From the NCBI GenBank assembly GCA_050008515.1, contig JBEKMM010000005.1:70888-134887 (forward strand): 64,000 nucleotides of DNA, given 5' to 3'. The stretch comes from Candidatus Limnocylindrales bacterium. Its GTDB lineage: Bacteria; Chloroflexota; Limnocylindria; Limnocylindrales; CSP1-4. The first letter of the stretch is position 1. Each line of letters starts with the position of its first letter. The position numbers and the translations under genes were made by a program. Below, piece after piece: positions 17,484-29,364 of the stretch. The notes below the pieces were generated by a model, which searched no databases, was not told the DNA's origin, and saw only the letters and a list, made by a program, of their open reading frames with translations.

Positions 17484-17759
17484 GGGCGGCGGCTCTGCTG
17501 TGGGTGGCTATGGTGGGTTGCCGATATGGTGGCGCGGCCGCGAGCCGACGGATGAACCAACCGGCCCGGACGGCCTCGACCTATCCCCGAATTCGTGCCC
17601 GGTGTGGGCGGACTGTGGACTGCCGAATGTGGACAAACCTCCCACCGGCCCGACGGCCGAGGCCGAGGCGCCGCCGAGCACCAGAGCCAGCGCACGTAGG
17701 TGTGTGAGCGAGGAGCGCAGCGCGGCAACGAAGGCATCGGCTGGCCGACGGCGAGATGG

Positions 17760-18410
17760 CTAGTCCAGCCGGCGGATGACCCCGATGAGCTTGCCCTGGA
17801 TCCGGACGTCCGCGTAGAACATGGGCGCGTACGCCGAGTTGGCCGGCTGCAGGCGGATCCGGCCGGCTTCCTTGAAGAACTGCTTGAGGGTGACGGAGTT
17901 CTCTTCGACCTGGGCGACGACGATGTCGCCGTCGCGGGCCGTCTGCTGCGGCCGGATCAGGACGAAGTCGCCGTCCTGGATATGGGCGTCGATCATCGAA
18001 TCGCCGCGGACGCGCAGGACGTAGGCATCGCCCGAGGGGGCGAGCAGGTCCGGCACGGCCATGCTCTCCGACGCGTCCTGGTAGGCCTCGATCGGGCCGC
18101 CGGCGGCGATCTCGCCGACGATCGGCAGGACGTGGGCCTCCGTGGCGGTGGCCTGGGGCATCAGCTCGCCCGACAGGCCGAGGCGCAAAGCCGCAAGGGG
18201 CGTCAGGCGGATCGCGCGCGACTGGGCCGCCCCGCGCTCCAGGTAGCCTTCGCGCTCGAGCATCTGCAGGTGATGGTGGACCGCCGACGTGGAGGCGAGA
18301 TCCACCGCTACGGCGATCTCGCGGACGGACGGCGGATAGCCGCGAGTACGCAACGTCGCGGCGATGAAGTCCAGGATCTTGCGTTTGCGTTCGGCGTCGT
18401 GCTTGGTCAC
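17760..18410 (-). CDS. lexA: LexA repressor (S24 peptidase)
   Basis: Winged HTH N-terminus, AG cleavage site (EIAAGGP), RVRGDSM (Ser) and LKQF (Lys). GTG start 18410. Confidence 0.9.
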   Translation of the reverse strand: MTKHDAERKRKILDFIAATLRTRGYPPSVREIAVAVDLASTSAVHHHLQMLEREGYLERGAAQSRAIRLTPLAALRLGLSGELMPQATATEAHVLPIVGEIAAGGPIEAYQDASESMAVPDLLAPSGDAYVLRVRGDSMIDAHIQDGDFVLIRPQQTARDGDIVVAQVEENSVTLKQFFKEAGRIRLQPANSAYAPMFYADVRIQGKLIGVIRRLD

Positions 18411-18460
18411 CGGCGCCTCCTTCCCATCGGAGGGTACAGAACGCCCGTTCGATTGTCAAG
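18411..18460 (-). promoter_or_regulatory. lexA promoter with embedded LexA (Cheo-type) operator
   Basis: On the minus strand: TTGACA - ATCGAACGGGCGTTCTG (17 nt containing GAAC-N4-GTTC) - TACCCT - GGAGG - GTG. Operator core 18428-18442. Confidence 0.75.
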
Positions 18461-18601
18461 CCGCACAGGCGGTCGGCGCCCGGTGGGCCGGCGGCGCTCG
18501 GCGCGCGGTCCGGAAGGGCCATTACCAGCGCCGGCGGTTCGCGCCATACTCGCCGCAGAGCGGGAGCTCGGGTCCCGCCGGCGTTGCGGAGTGGTCGGCC
18601 C

Positions 18602-19609
18602 ATGAGAGCGCATCGAATCCTGACGGCCGCGGTCGTGGCAGTGTCGCTCGCGGCGGCGGCCTGCTCCGGGTCGAGCACGGCGCCGTTTCTCCCCACGGGC
18701 TCCACCGCGGGCTCCACCGCGGGCGCCACCTCGCCCGCCAATTCGCCCGCGACGCCGCCCGCTACCCAGGCCTCGACGTCGCAGGGGGCGCCCACGCAAT
18801 CCGCGGCACTGAACGGCTTCTATCTTCGAAGCTGGAATGTGGGCGCCTCCGATCCCGCCGGGCTCTACTTCGCCGTGCCCGAGGTGATATCCGATGGCCA
18901 GGTGAAATACCTGCCCGAGGTCCCCTGGGTCGACAACCAGCCGACGCTGATCTACACCGCGCCGATTGCCCGCTCGATCAGCCCGGCCGGCCAGGCCGCG
19001 ATCGTCGCGCTCGCCCAGGCGGACGGCCTGCTCGGAGACGCGTCCACCTTCGATTGCCCGCCCAGCGCCAGCGGCGAGCCCTCGATCGGTGGCGGCGTCC
19101 CCAATTTTGAGCTGAAGGTGAACGGCGTTTCGCACTTCATCTCGGGCTCGTGCGATCTCGAAGGGCCCAGTCCGGCCGCCGCAAGCCCGGCGCCGGGAAC
19201 CTGGGCCGCCTTCAACGATTTCGCGACTCACATCTACAACCTCTCCGGCTGGCTCGGTGCCGAGCTTGGCCCCGAGACTCCGTTCGAGCCGACGGCCCTG
19301 ATGGTCTGGACGGCCCCGCCCGCGGACGCGTGGTGGGGGCCGTACGAGCCCGACCCGAAGGCCGCCTCCAGGCCGTGGCCGCTCAGCACGCCGCTCGCCT
19401 CGTTCGGCAACCCGGTCCACTGGAGCGGCGCCGTTCTGGCCGATCCCAGCCGCTGCGTGCTCCTCACCGGCCCCGACGTCCACACGTTGCTGGCGGGCGT
19501 CCAGGGCGCGAACGACGACACGCGGTTCACGGACGGCACGACGACCAAGGTGGTGGCGGTCAGCGTGGTCATGCCGGGCGAGCCGACGGACACCCTCTGC
19601 GGGGAGTAG
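18602..19609 (+). CDS. Lipoprotein of unknown function
   Basis: MRAHRILTAAVVAVSLAAAACSGSS lipobox, followed by an S/T/A-rich linker. Divergent from lexA. Confidence 0.6.
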   Translation: MRAHRILTAAVVAVSLAAAACSGSSTAPFLPTGSTAGSTAGATSPANSPATPPATQASTSQGAPTQSAALNGFYLRSWNVGASDPAGLYFAVPEVISDGQVKYLPEVPWVDNQPTLIYTAPIARSISPAGQAAIVALAQADGLLGDASTFDCPPSASGEPSIGGGVPNFELKVNGVSHFISGSCDLEGPSPAAASPAPGTWAAFNDFATHIYNLSGWLGAELGPETPFEPTALMVWTAPPADAWWGPYEPDPKAASRPWPLSTPLASFGNPVHWSGAVLADPSRCVLLTGPDVHTLLAGVQGANDDTRFTDGTTTKVVAVSVVMPGEPTDTLCGE

Positions 19610-19635
19610 CCCGCGAGAGCCGTCTCGCTCCCAGG

Positions 19636-22236
<2,601 letters not shown>

Positions 22237-22295
22237 GCTCTCACGTCGCTGATGCTACGCCTGCCGAGCCCCCGTAACAGCGGGCTCCGACAGGA

Positions 22296-23210
22296 CTATT
22301 GACCGATCGCGACTAGCCAATCTGTCGCCCCCTCGAATAGGAGGCCGTCCCAGCCGGGCCGGAATTCGACCTTCGGAAAGCCGGCCTGGGACAGGATCGC
22401 CGCGATCTCGGGCTGCTCGAAGGCGCGCTCGGTGACACCGAAGATCGAGAGGGCGCCGGTCTCGACGTCGAGGACGAGATGGCGCTCGACGGTGGCGCGG
22501 GCGTCGGGATCCCAGGCCCGCTCGGTCAGGACGACGTGGGCCTCACGACCGAACAGATCGTCGGCACCGGCCCACCACGAGCTTGCGGGCGAGCGATCGA
22601 CAGTGGCGGCGTCGCGCATCTCCAGAACGAGCGGTGCCCCGGGGCGGAGCGACCGCCGCACACGGAACAGGATCTCGCGCAGGTCGTCGGGGCGGGGCAC
22701 GCCGCTCTGGCCGTAGAGGTAGATCGCGGCGTCGAACTCGGCGAGCGGCAACGGGACCTCGCGCACGTCCGCTTCGATGAAGGTGCACGGCATTCCGGCC
22801 GTGATCTCGATGGCGTGGCGGATCGCGGCGGGGGACACGTCCACGCCGGTGACGGAGATGGCCCGGCGGGCGAACGCCGCGGCCACGAGTCCCGGGCCGC
22901 AGGTGACGTCCAGGAGCGACGAGCCGGGCCCGATCCGAAGCCACTCGATGAGGCGATCCGTCTGCCGCTCGATCGTGTCCAGGCGCCGGCTGGCCAGCTC
23001 GTGGGCCTGGTCGAGATGCTCGCGCAGCATCCGCTCGCTGAACGCGGGGTCGCCCCACGGCAGGTCCGTGGCGTCGGCACTCCACGCCCGCAGCGGCTCG
23101 TGGGCGGCGATCCGGCGAAGGGCTTCGCGATGGTCGGCCACGGGCGCATTGTGACGCAGAGGTCGACCCGTGGCGGCCCCGGGTGTGCTAAGAATCGGCG
23201 GTGCAACCAC
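22296..23210 (-). CDS. Class I SAM-dependent methyltransferase
   Basis: Motif I LLDVTCGPGLVAAAFARRAISVTGVDVS. The start is uncertain (GTG 23210, or GTG 23141 which avoids overlap with the divergent gene). Confidence 0.6.
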   Translation of the reverse strand: MVAPPILSTPGAATGRPLRHNAPVADHREALRRIAAHEPLRAWSADATDLPWGDPAFSERMLREHLDQAHELASRRLDTIERQTDRLIEWLRIGPGSSLLDVTCGPGLVAAAFARRAISVTGVDVSPAAIRHAIEITAGMPCTFIEADVREVPLPLAEFDAAIYLYGQSGVPRPDDLREILFRVRRSLRPGAPLVLEMRDAATVDRSPASSWWAGADDLFGREAHVVLTERAWDPDARATVERHLVLDVETGALSIFGVTERAFEQPEIAAILSQAGFPKVEFRPGWDGLLFEGATDWLVAIGQ

Positions 23211-24010
23211 ACCCGCGGCCAGCGCACCCCCGGCAGGCGCACCCCCGGCATCTGGAGCGCCCGCGGCGCGACGCGCGACTCCCTATCGTCCTGGCCGTCC
23301 TGCTGGTCGGGGTCCTGGCCTGGGTCGCGGTCGGGGGCCCGCGGGCGCTCGGCGGCTCCGCCGGGGCCGGCCCGGTGGCGGCGGTCACGCCCTCTCCCAC
23401 TCCGACTCCGGTTCCGACTCCGACGCCCACCCCTCCGCCCCTGCCCGCGTGCGAGATGGGGGACGTGCCCGCCGTCCACGGCCAGCTCTCCGACTGGGAC
23501 CGGACGTTGCTCGACACGACATACATGCTCGACAGCTTGTACGCGCCCCCGGATCTGGTTCCGGTCGGCCAGGCCGGCCTGGATGGAACCGGCTCGGTTC
23601 GATCGTTCGTCCTCCCGGACCTCGAGGTGCTGTACCAGGCCGCCAAAGGCGACGGCGTGACACCCAGGGTCAACTCCGCCTACCGCAGCTACAAGGATCA
23701 GGCCGACACCTTCGACGCAACCAAGAAGTCCCTGGGCTCCGAGTACGCGCTCGCCTCGGTCGCGCGGCCGGGCCATTCCGAGCACCAGCTGGGCACCGCG
23801 GTCGACTTCGGCGGCGCCGCCGGTGCCTGGCTGGCGGTGAACGCCTGGAAGTACGGCTTCATCGCCAGCTACCCCGCCGACCTCAGCCCGGGCTTCACCT
23901 GCTACAAGGCGGAGGCCTGGCACTATCGCTACTTCGGTCGGGAGACGGCCGCCGCCATCCACGACTCCGGGCTGAGCGCCCGCGAATGGCTCTGGATCAA
24001 CGCCCGATAG
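23201..24010 (+). CDS. Membrane-anchored D-Ala-D-Ala carboxypeptidase family protein (peptidase M15B, VanY-like)
   Basis: TM, then PTPTP linker, then SAYRSYKDQ, ARPGHSEHQLGTAVDF and EAWHYRY. The start as called overlaps the divergent MT ORF by 10 bp, so the true start is uncertain. Confidence 0.65.
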   Translation: MQPHPRPAHPRQAHPRHLERPRRDARLPIVLAVLLVGVLAWVAVGGPRALGGSAGAGPVAAVTPSPTPTPVPTPTPTPPPLPACEMGDVPAVHGQLSDWDRTLLDTTYMLDSLYAPPDLVPVGQAGLDGTGSVRSFVLPDLEVLYQAAKGDGVTPRVNSAYRSYKDQADTFDATKKSLGSEYALASVARPGHSEHQLGTAVDFGGAAGAWLAVNAWKYGFIASYPADLSPGFTCYKAEAWHYRYFGRETAAAIHDSGLSAREWLWINAR

Positions 24011-24115
24011 CCGCGGGCGCCGCCCGCCGCCTCGTTGTCCACGGTCGCGCCTGATAGACTCACGATTCCCCGGAGCGGACCCGCCAGTTGGGTTGCCCGG
24101 CGGGGCCGAGGACTG

Positions 24116-24637
24116 ATGGCGAGCATGGGTCGAGTCGCAGCCACTAGGAGGCGTCGCAGCCGCAACGGCGGGCTGATGCGCGCTCTCAACTTGCTCGCCT
24201 TCATGCCGCTCGCCAGTCGCGTGCCGATGTACGCGCGCCTCATCTGGGCGCTTGTCATGGACCCGCGGATCCCGGCCAGCCGCAAGGTCGTCCTCGTCGG
24301 AGCTGCCGGCTACGTGCTCGTGGGTCGGGACCTGATCCCGGACGACATACCCGTCCTGGGCGGGCTCGACGATGTGGCTGTGGTCATCCTGGCAGTGGAA
24401 GTATTCTTCGACGGCATTCCCGACGAGATCCTCGAGGAGAAGCTCGAAGAGCTCGCCATCGACCGCGAGGCTTTCCGGCGAGACATGGGTCAGGTGCGAC
24501 GGTTCACCCCCGCACCCGTAAGAAGGATCATTCGTCGGCTGCCCGGTGCAATCGACTCGGCGGGCCGGCTGATCGCCAAAGCAGAGATCGGGCCGAAGGT
24601 TCGATCGCTCATCTCTAAGGAGGAATCGTTCGCGTGA
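24116..24637 (+). CDS. DUF1232 (YkvA-like) membrane protein
   Basis: LIPDDIPVLGGLDDVAVV motif. ATG 24116 chosen within ORF 24035..24637. Confidence 0.6.
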   Translation: MASMGRVAATRRRRSRNGGLMRALNLLAFMPLASRVPMYARLIWALVMDPRIPASRKVVLVGAAGYVLVGRDLIPDDIPVLGGLDDVAVVILAVEVFFDGIPDEILEEKLEELAIDREAFRRDMGQVRRFTPAPVRRIIRRLPGAIDSAGRLIAKAEIGPKVRSLISKEESFA

Positions 24638-25080
24638 AGGTCATCCTGACCGCCGACGTCGACAAGCTCGGCAAGAGCGGCGAGATGAAGGATGTCGCCG
24701 AAGGCTATGCCCGGAACTTCCTGATCCCTCGGAAGCTTGCAGTCCCCGCAGCGGGCGGCGCCTTTCGCGCCTGGCAGCACGACATCGCCAACCGCGAAGA
24801 GAAGCGGCAGCGCGAGCGCGAGGACGCCGACATCGCGGCCACCCGCATCGCCAGCACGACCCTGACGATGGGCGTCAAGGTGGGCGAGGGCGGGAAGCTG
24901 TACGGCTCGATCACCGCCAAGGACATCGCCGACGCGCTGGCCCGCCGCGGCATCACGGTCGATCGCCACAAGGTGGAGCTGCCCGACCCGCTCAAGTCGC
25001 TGGGCACGTACAAGGTGGCGATCAAGGTCTACCCGGGCATGACGCCCGAGGTCACGATCGTCGTCGAACCCAAGGGCTGA
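24634..25080 (+). CDS. rplI: 50S ribosomal protein L9
   Basis: VKVILTADVDKLGKSGEMKDVAEGYARNFLIP. GTG start with AAGGAGG RBS. Confidence 0.9.
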   Translation: MKVILTADVDKLGKSGEMKDVAEGYARNFLIPRKLAVPAAGGAFRAWQHDIANREEKRQREREDADIAATRIASTTLTMGVKVGEGGKLYGSITAKDIADALARRGITVDRHKVELPDPLKSLGTYKVAIKVYPGMTPEVTIVVEPKG

Positions 25081-25114
25081 GCCCCGGGGCGGCACCTGGC
25101 CGCGTTAGAAGCGA

Positions 25115-25143
25115 GAAACGGCGCCCAGATCGGGCGCCGTTTC
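25115..25143. terminator. Bidirectional intrinsic-terminator-like hairpin between convergent rplI and 25173..25886 gene
   Basis: Perfect 12-bp stem GAAACGGCGCCC / GGGCGCCGTTTC with a 5-nt loop. Confidence 0.5.
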
Positions 25144-25172
25144 GCACATGTCGCGGCTTGAGGCCGGGAGAT

Positions 25173-25886
25173 CTACCGCCCGATAACGCGGCGTCGCTTG
25201 ATCGAGGTGAAGGCGGCGGCCGCGGCGACGCCGGCGAGGCCGGCGAAGACGATCAGGAGGCCCCCATTGCCCTTGCTGTCGGCCGGGCCGGAGACGGCGG
25301 TCCCGGTCGGAGGTGGTGTGGCGTTCGTATTGACGTAGGTTCGGAACGCGAAGTCCTGCACGCAGTACTGGTCGTTCCAATTCGCGATCGTCTTCCAGGT
25401 GGTGTCGAAGATGAGAGCGGTTCCAGGACCGTAGTTGTCCGCGCAGGCGCCGTCCCACTCGAGGCCGCCCGTCCCCTGAATCAGGATGGCGTACTTGGTT
25501 CCCGCGACAACGCTATTGGCGGGCGAGAACTCGAACAAGTTCCAATCACCGTCGGCCGGGTTGGACAGGGTCTCGCTGGCCAGGATCGTGCTCGTCGGCA
25601 GGCCGCTGCCGTCGGTGCCCGTGATCTGGATGGTGATGCTGCCGGCGTGCGGCTTCGCGACCCCGGCCGGAACCACCTGCAGGGCGGTGTGGACCTGGAC
25701 TGCGTCCAACGCTCCCGACAGGCCGGCGGTGAAGGTTTGGGCGAGCAGCGTCTGGGGCGGCAGGGTCGCCGTCGTGGCGGTCTGATCCTGATCGAGAGTC
25801 CCCGGGACCGTGGCTAGAGCCGTTCCGGCCGTCATCGTCAGCAGGAACGCGACGGCCGCCGCGAGCGCTGGAATCCGGTGTTTCAT
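25173..25886 (-). CDS. Secreted protein with C-terminal TM anchor and basic tail
   Basis: ATG 25886 with GGAGGAG RBS. Signal peptide MKHRIPALAAAVAFLLTMTAGTALA. C-term GGLLIVFAGLAGVAAAAAFTSIKRRRVIGR resembles a sortase- or exosortase-type sorting signal without a recognisable LPXTG. Confidence 0.5.
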   Translation of the reverse strand: MKHRIPALAAAVAFLLTMTAGTALATVPGTLDQDQTATTATLPPQTLLAQTFTAGLSGALDAVQVHTALQVVPAGVAKPHAGSITIQITGTDGSGLPTSTILASETLSNPADGDWNLFEFSPANSVVAGTKYAILIQGTGGLEWDGACADNYGPGTALIFDTTWKTIANWNDQYCVQDFAFRTYVNTNATPPPTGTAVSGPADSKGNGGLLIVFAGLAGVAAAAAFTSIKRRRVIGR

Positions 25887-26149
25887 GCCTGTCTCCTCCG
25901 TGCTGCTCCCTGGCTCCGATCGAGCTATCCGGACCTCTGCCGGGCTGAACCCGGGCGATCCTCGCCGACCCGTCGCCATTCGCTCCCGGCCCGCCGTCGG
26001 CAGCTGCGCGCCGGGCCCTCACGATCGTATGGGCCTCGTGGCGCCGCCAATTGCGGGGCCGGCCCTGTGCCGGCGGGTGGGACCGAGAGGGTGGCGGCCA
26101 CGCTTGCAGTCCCGCCTGCCGGGACGGTCCCCGTCTGGCCGGTCCGGTC

Positions 26150-27466
26150 CTAGGGCGTCAGCAGACGCCAGCTCCGGCCGCCGTCGGCCGTGGAGTACAG
26201 CCTGGCGGTGGGGACCTGGTCGTTCGGGCCCGTCCAGCCGTGGGTCGCGTCGACGAAGTGGGCGATCGAGCCGTTGAAGGGCTGGGCGCCCTCGAGGGCC
26301 CAATGGTGGCCGCCGTCGATCGTGTAGATCGTCTGCGACGGACCCACGCCGCTGCCGGTGACCGTCCCCTCCGTTCCGATCCATTCCAGCGGCCCGAGGA
26401 ACTGGACCTGCGCGCTGGACAGGTTCGCGATGCCCGGGACGCTCGAGGTGTAGTTGGTCCAGGTATGGCCCTGGTCGGTCGAGTCCGTGTAGTTGTACTG
26501 AACTGTGCCGTAGTCAAGGCCCAGGTCGCCATACCACTTGGTCGTGCCCAGGAAGCTGATCACGGGCTCCGAGTAGTCGGTCGTCGGCAGGTGCCGATGG
26601 GTCCAGTGGCCCCAGCCGGTGATCGTGCTTGAGATCTGGTCGTCATACTCCGCGACCCCGATGCTCGGCGTCATGAACTGCACGCGATAGGCGTCGCCCG
26701 ACCCCGTGCCCGGATCCGGGGGCGTATAGGCGAGGGGCGCCGACCACGTGCGTCCGCCGTCGGTCGTCTCGAAGATGGAGGTATTGACGCCGTCGAACCC
26801 GGTCCGCATCCAGATGTAGACGAACGCGGTGTTCGCGTCCACGTAGTCGAAGGTCGCCGCCGGGTCGCCCGGGGCGCCGCAGAAATCCCCCGAGGTGCAG
26901 GGCGAGGCCATCACATCGTGGGCGATCGGCGTGAGGGCGGTGTAGGCCCAGGTCTGGCCGCCATCGCTGGTGCGCCAGATGTAGTAGGTGCTGGTCGAGT
27001 GGCCGACGTCGACGGCGGCGAGCAGCGCGTGATTGGCATCCAGCGCGCCGAGACCGCGGATCGTGCTGGCGATCAGCCTGCGGGGGTATGCGTTCGCCCA
27101 GGTAGACCCGTCATCGATGGTCTGCCACAGGCCGCTGTTGGTGAGGACCCAGCCGACGCCCGGCGCGACGAGGACGTCCTGCTTCACGGTCTGGCCGTGG
27201 ACCCAGGCGACGCGGGGGGCCGGAGTGGCCGCCGGGCCGGTCGTGGGCGTCGCGGCCTCGGTCGCCGACAGCGTCGCGGAGGGGTCTGTCGCGAGCGTTG
27301 GAGTGGGCGTGTCGGTCGGCGAAGCGGCGGGCGTCGCGGTAGCGGCGGCGAAGGTATCGGCGGGCGTGTCGGTCGGCGCTCCTGTGCTCGCGGACGAGCC
27401 GCATGCTGCGGCCAGCGCCAGTACCGCGGAGATACCGGCTAGTCGAAGAAGCGTCAGATATCTCAT
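26150..27466 (-). CDS. Lipoprotein with BNR/Asp-box repeats (sialidase/Ycf48-like beta-propeller)
   Basis: Lipobox LALAAACGSS and T/P-rich linker. Repeats DGGQTW, DGGRTW, DQGHTW, DGGHHW and DGGRSW. Confidence 0.65.
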   Translation of the reverse strand: MRYLTLLRLAGISAVLALAAACGSSASTGAPTDTPADTFAAATATPAASPTDTPTPTLATDPSATLSATEAATPTTGPAATPAPRVAWVHGQTVKQDVLVAPGVGWVLTNSGLWQTIDDGSTWANAYPRRLIASTIRGLGALDANHALLAAVDVGHSTSTYYIWRTSDGGQTWAYTALTPIAHDVMASPCTSGDFCGAPGDPAATFDYVDANTAFVYIWMRTGFDGVNTSIFETTDGGRTWSAPLAYTPPDPGTGSGDAYRVQFMTPSIGVAEYDDQISSTITGWGHWTHRHLPTTDYSEPVISFLGTTKWYGDLGLDYGTVQYNYTDSTDQGHTWTNYTSSVPGIANLSSAQVQFLGPLEWIGTEGTVTGSGVGPSQTIYTIDGGHHWALEGAQPFNGSIAHFVDATHGWTGPNDQVPTARLYSTADGGRSWRLLTP

Positions 27467-27612
27467 CGGCCCATGTTGCGTCGCCGGCCGCGGCTGTCCA
27501 GAGGTCGGACTACCTGTCCCAGTGGGCGCGCCGCGAACGGCTCGGCATTGCCCGGAAGGAGGGCCTGGCTCGCCCTCTCGCCAGGCGTGCCCGCCCGCGG
27601 CATCATTCGGCC

Positions 27613-28860
27613 ATGAGCGGCGGCCGGCTGTGCATCATCCACGTGGACCTGGACGCGTTCTTCGCGGCCGTGGAGCAGCGCGACCGCCCGGAGTTGCGCG
27701 GCAAGCCGGTGATCGTCGGCGGCGACCCGCGGTCCCGCGGCGTCGTAAGCACGTGCAGCTACGAGGCCCGCAAGTTCGGAGTGCATTCGGCGATGCCGCT
27801 GCGGACGGCGCTCTCGCTCTGCCCTCAGGGCGTGTTCGTGCCCGTGGACGGTGCCAAGTACCAGCGCGTAAGCCGCGAAGTCATGACGGTGCTGCGGCAC
27901 TTCACGCCCGTGGTCGAGCAGGTCTCGATCGACGAGGCGTTCCTCGACGTCGCCGGGTCGGAGGGGCTCTTCGGACCCGCGCCGGAGATCGCCCGCCGCA
28001 TCAAGGCGGAGGTCGTCGATGCGGTCGGTCTCACCGTCTCGGTCGGCGTGGCGACCAACAAGCTCATCGCCAAAGTGGCAAGCGACCTGCGCAAGCCTGA
28101 CGGCCTGGTCGTGGTTCAGCCTGGGGACGAGGCCACCTTCCTCGCCCCGCTGGAGATTCGGCGGCTGTGGGGGATCGGGCCCAAAACGGCCGATCGACTG
28201 CACGGCCTGGGCATTGCGACGATAGGCGAGCTGGCGGCGCTGCCGGTGGAGACGCTCACGCGCGCGCTCGGCGAGCACGGCGCCACGCTCCACGATCGGG
28301 CGCTCGGCATCGATCCGGAGCCGGTTCATGGGGGAGGAGAGGCCGCCAAATCTGTCAGCCACGAGACGACGTTCGCGGTCGACGTGACCGACGCCGCCGA
28401 GATCGAGCGGACGCTGCTGGCGCTCACGGAAGGCGTCTCGGCTCGGCTTCGGGCGGCCGGGATTCGGGCGGGGACGGTGGCTGTCAAGATCCGCGACTCG
28501 CAGTTCCGGACGATCACCCGCCAGAAGTCGCTGCCGGAACCTTCCGACCTCACCGACACGATCTGGCGGGCGGCGGTCGAGCTCACCCGGCCGGAGGTGC
28601 GCGGCAAGAAGATCAGGCTGCTCGGAGTCGCCGCGACTCAGCTCGGCCAGCCCGAACAGACCAGCATGTTCGAGATCGTGGACGAGAAGCAGCGGCGCGT
28701 GGTGGACGCCACCGATGCGGTCCGCCGACGCTTCGGCGATCGAGCCGTGACGCGCGGGAGCCTGCTCCATCGTCCAATGCCCTCGCCGTTCGAGCGCGAC
28801 CCGGCATCCGCGGTCGAAGGCCGCGTGGGGATCCCGCCGATCGAGGACGAGATCGAATAG
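27613..28860 (+). CDS. dinB: DNA polymerase IV
   Basis: MSGGRLCIIHVDLDAFFAAVEQRDRPELRGKPVIVGG... SIDEAFLDV. ATG 27613 within ORF 27403..28860. Confidence 0.9.
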   Translation: MSGGRLCIIHVDLDAFFAAVEQRDRPELRGKPVIVGGDPRSRGVVSTCSYEARKFGVHSAMPLRTALSLCPQGVFVPVDGAKYQRVSREVMTVLRHFTPVVEQVSIDEAFLDVAGSEGLFGPAPEIARRIKAEVVDAVGLTVSVGVATNKLIAKVASDLRKPDGLVVVQPGDEATFLAPLEIRRLWGIGPKTADRLHGLGIATIGELAALPVETLTRALGEHGATLHDRALGIDPEPVHGGGEAAKSVSHETTFAVDVTDAAEIERTLLALTEGVSARLRAAGIRAGTVAVKIRDSQFRTITRQKSLPEPSDLTDTIWRAAVELTRPEVRGKKIRLLGVAATQLGQPEQTSMFEIVDEKQRRVVDATDAVRRRFGDRAVTRGSLLHRPMPSPFERDPASAVEGRVGIPPIEDEIE

Positions 28861-28977
28861 GGCCGGCGGGGCAGCGACGGGCGCTAATCGAACGGGCGTC
28901 CGCTTTCGCGTGACACGCTAGCTGGCACAGCCGCCCGCCATTGTCGCGGCGTGACTGGACGCGCAAGACGAAAGCTC

Positions 28978-29032
28978 TTGACGCCGAACGTTTGTTCGAG
29001 TAGTCTCAGGCATGTAATAGAACGTCCGTTCT
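28978..29032 (+). promoter_or_regulatory. SOS promoter with two LexA (Cheo) boxes
   Basis: TTGACG(28978-28983) - CCGAACGTTTGTTCGAG (17-nt spacer; box CGAACGTTTGTTCGA 28985-28999) - TAGTCT (-10, 29001-29006), then a second box AGAACGTCCGTTCT at 29019-29032. Same architecture as the lexA promoter. Confidence 0.75.
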
Positions 29033-29088
29033 TACGCTCAAGTGCCCGCGAGCGAACGACGGCCCGCCAAAGCGAAGAGGAGTCCGCG

Positions 29089-29358
29089 ATGGCCATCGTC
29101 CGCATGGAACCCGTCAACGTCCACGTCCGAGCCGACTGGCTGGACGGAACCCCGCGCGAGATCACCTGGGGCGACGTCCGCCTGCCGGTGACGCGCCTGA
29201 CCGCGGTGCGCAGCGAAACCTCGGCCTATCGAGCCGCCGTCGGCCCTCGCACCTACTTCGAAGTCGAGACGCCGGGGGTCAAGCTGGCGCTCTGCTACAC
29301 GCACCGATCGCACCGCTGGACGGTCGATGGGGTGGACGACGAGGTGGGCCTGGCCTAG
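29089..29358 (+). CDS. Hypothetical 89-aa protein, predicted SOS-inducible
   Basis: ATG 29089 with RBS GAAGAGGAG, within ORF 28951..29358. MAIVRMEPVNVHVRADWLDGTPREITWGDVRLPVTRLTAVRSETSAYRAAVGPRTYFEVETPGVKLALCYTHRSHRWTVDGVDDEVGLA. No family recognised. Confidence 0.5.
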   Translation: MAIVRMEPVNVHVRADWLDGTPREITWGDVRLPVTRLTAVRSETSAYRAAVGPRTYFEVETPGVKLALCYTHRSHRWTVDGVDDEVGLA

Positions 29359-29364
29359 CCGGGA

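Noticed and set aside
23141-23210. 10-bp overlap of divergent starts of the SAM-MT and VanY-like genes
   Set aside because: This is most likely a start-codon mis-assignment for one of the two (GTG 23141 is an alternative for the MT). It is not taken as a real overlapping arrangement.
27531-27550. LexA box upstream of dinB (CGAACGGCTCGGCA)
   Set aside because: Only one GAAC half-site is present and the GTTC partner is missing, so SOS control of dinB itself is unsupported from sequence.
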